Positions 9,817-10,654 of a stretch of 10,654 nucleotides of DNA are shown piece by piece. The stretch spans positions 1 to 10,654 of the forward strand of contig CBDDTI010000085.1 of the NCBI GenBank assembly GCA_965233585.1. Reading direction: 5' to 3'. Origin of the DNA: a bacterium (GTDB lineage Bacteria > SAR324 > NAC60-12). A program made the translations under genes and the position numbers. Within the stretch, counting starts at the first letter, position 1. Every line of letters begins with the position of its first letter. Below the pieces are notes generated by a model. That model saw only the letters and a program-made list of their open reading frames with translations. It made no database searches and was not told the origin of the DNA.

Positions 9817-9894
9817 ATGGAGTTAAAGGATTGCAGTCGCTGTTCTCTTTTTTTCTCGGTCTTCTTCTCACTTTGGTGCACTACCTGCTGTGTG
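9817..9894 (+). CDS. Second candidate first exon (MELKDCSRCSLFFSVFFSLWCTTCCV)
   Basis: The start context is aaaATGG, followed by a hydrophobic stretch and donor TG|GTAAGG at 9895. A reverse CCAAT box (CTGATTGG) lies at 9636-9643. The reading frame is uncertain. Confidence 0.3.
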
Positions 9895-10532
9895 GTAAGG
9901 TTGAGGTTTCAGCGAAACAATCGCCGTTAGACTATCAGCTACTGTGGTCTGGCGTCTAACGAGCTTATCAAAGGTCATAGGTCTGAATAGTTTCCGGTGT
10001 TTACATATTTTCACGTATAGCAGAGCTTTGTTTGCTGGCTTCGTAAACAAATTTCTCTTCGATAAAGCTTAAACCTTTTCCGCCCGAGAGACTGCGTGTG
10101 TAAAAGAGAAGATTAAGTTTGAATACCACTCTTTCTTTAGCTCAATATATGGTTTTGTTCTTTTATGTGAATGCTATCAGTTACTAGTGTTATGTAATGG
10201 AATCTCTATTTATCCACGATGATACAATTAGCTACATTTCAATGGTTAAGGTATTTTTATGTAACAAATCGTGACGTAAAATTACTGTGTGTAAAATTGT
10301 GATACCAAACGCCAGAATATCCAGCTACTTATTGGTCTTTATTAGCATCTCATTGAATAAGAATAGCACTGAACTATTGTTATACACCTAGTTCTGCAAA
10401 GCACACCCACACGTGTAAATAAAGTGGCCTATTTTGACGTTGCTCCAATCGTGTTGTCACCGTCTGAGATGACATAATCTAAAGGCAACTAATCACCGGA
10501 CAGCGAAAGTATTTGATTCAAGGTGAAATGAA

Positions 10533-10591
10533 CCCGGGGGGGGGGAGGGAGACTCCCATATGGAACAGACGGGGATGCTCGTCGGAAATTT
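10533..10591 (+). mobile_element. Probable left end of a CCCGGGG-terminal non-autonomous DNA transposon (EnSpm/CACTA-like)
   Basis: Abrupt CCCGGGGGGGGGG..GACTCCCATATGGAACAGACGGGGATGCTCGTCGGAAATTT resembles cnidarian MITE termini as I recall them. The other end is not in the window. Confidence 0.5.
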
Positions 10592-10654
10592 TAGCCTGCG
10601 TGGCAGGCCGTAGAATGGGAGGGAAAGGGCCAAAAGGAGCGCGGAAGTATTGGG
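10592..10654 (+). mobile_element. Probable left end of a TAG-terminal (Academ-like) MITE
   Basis: TAGCCTGCGTGGCAGGC (self-complementary GCCTGC/GCAGGC) is followed by purine-rich sequence and truncated by the window edge. Confidence 0.45.

Noticed and set aside
9239..10050. Minus-strand ORFs 9239-9460 and 9868-10050
   Set aside because: Short, non-ATG or motif-free, with no supporting features.

Overview
This is AT-rich, gene-poor eukaryotic DNA. The repeat types resemble those I know from cnidarian (stony coral-like) genomes, but that assignment is an inference. There is no operon, CRISPR array or intact protein-coding gene. Most of the window is nested mobile elements whose boundaries can be resolved from target-site duplications (TSDs). 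(1) A decayed CR1-like LINE reverse transcriptase (minus strand, ~1812-3302) is split by a 1-kb unclassified DNA transposon with 15-bp TIRs and a 6-bp TSD. That transposon is itself interrupted by a 268-bp palindromic Penelope-like insertion carrying a minimal hammerhead ribozyme motif (13-bp TSD). (2) A palindromic MITE lies at ~3576-3750. (3) An L1/Tx1-type LINE 3' end is inserted into an older copy of its own family (4012-5327). (4) A hairpin-ended repeat sits among microsatellites, followed by a second LINE fragment (~5990-6490, minus). (5) A Mutator/foldback-like element (6631-7933; 98-bp TIRs, 9-bp TSD) contains a second hammerhead-bearing insertion with a perfect 206-bp palindrome (13-bp TSD). 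(6) Two candidate signal-peptide first exons both start MELK (8507, 9817). (7) Two nested transposon ends occur at the right edge. The best leads are the two ribozyme-bearing foldback mini-elements, the 6-bp-TSD transposon of unclear superfamily and the self-nested LINE. None can be called novel without database searches.
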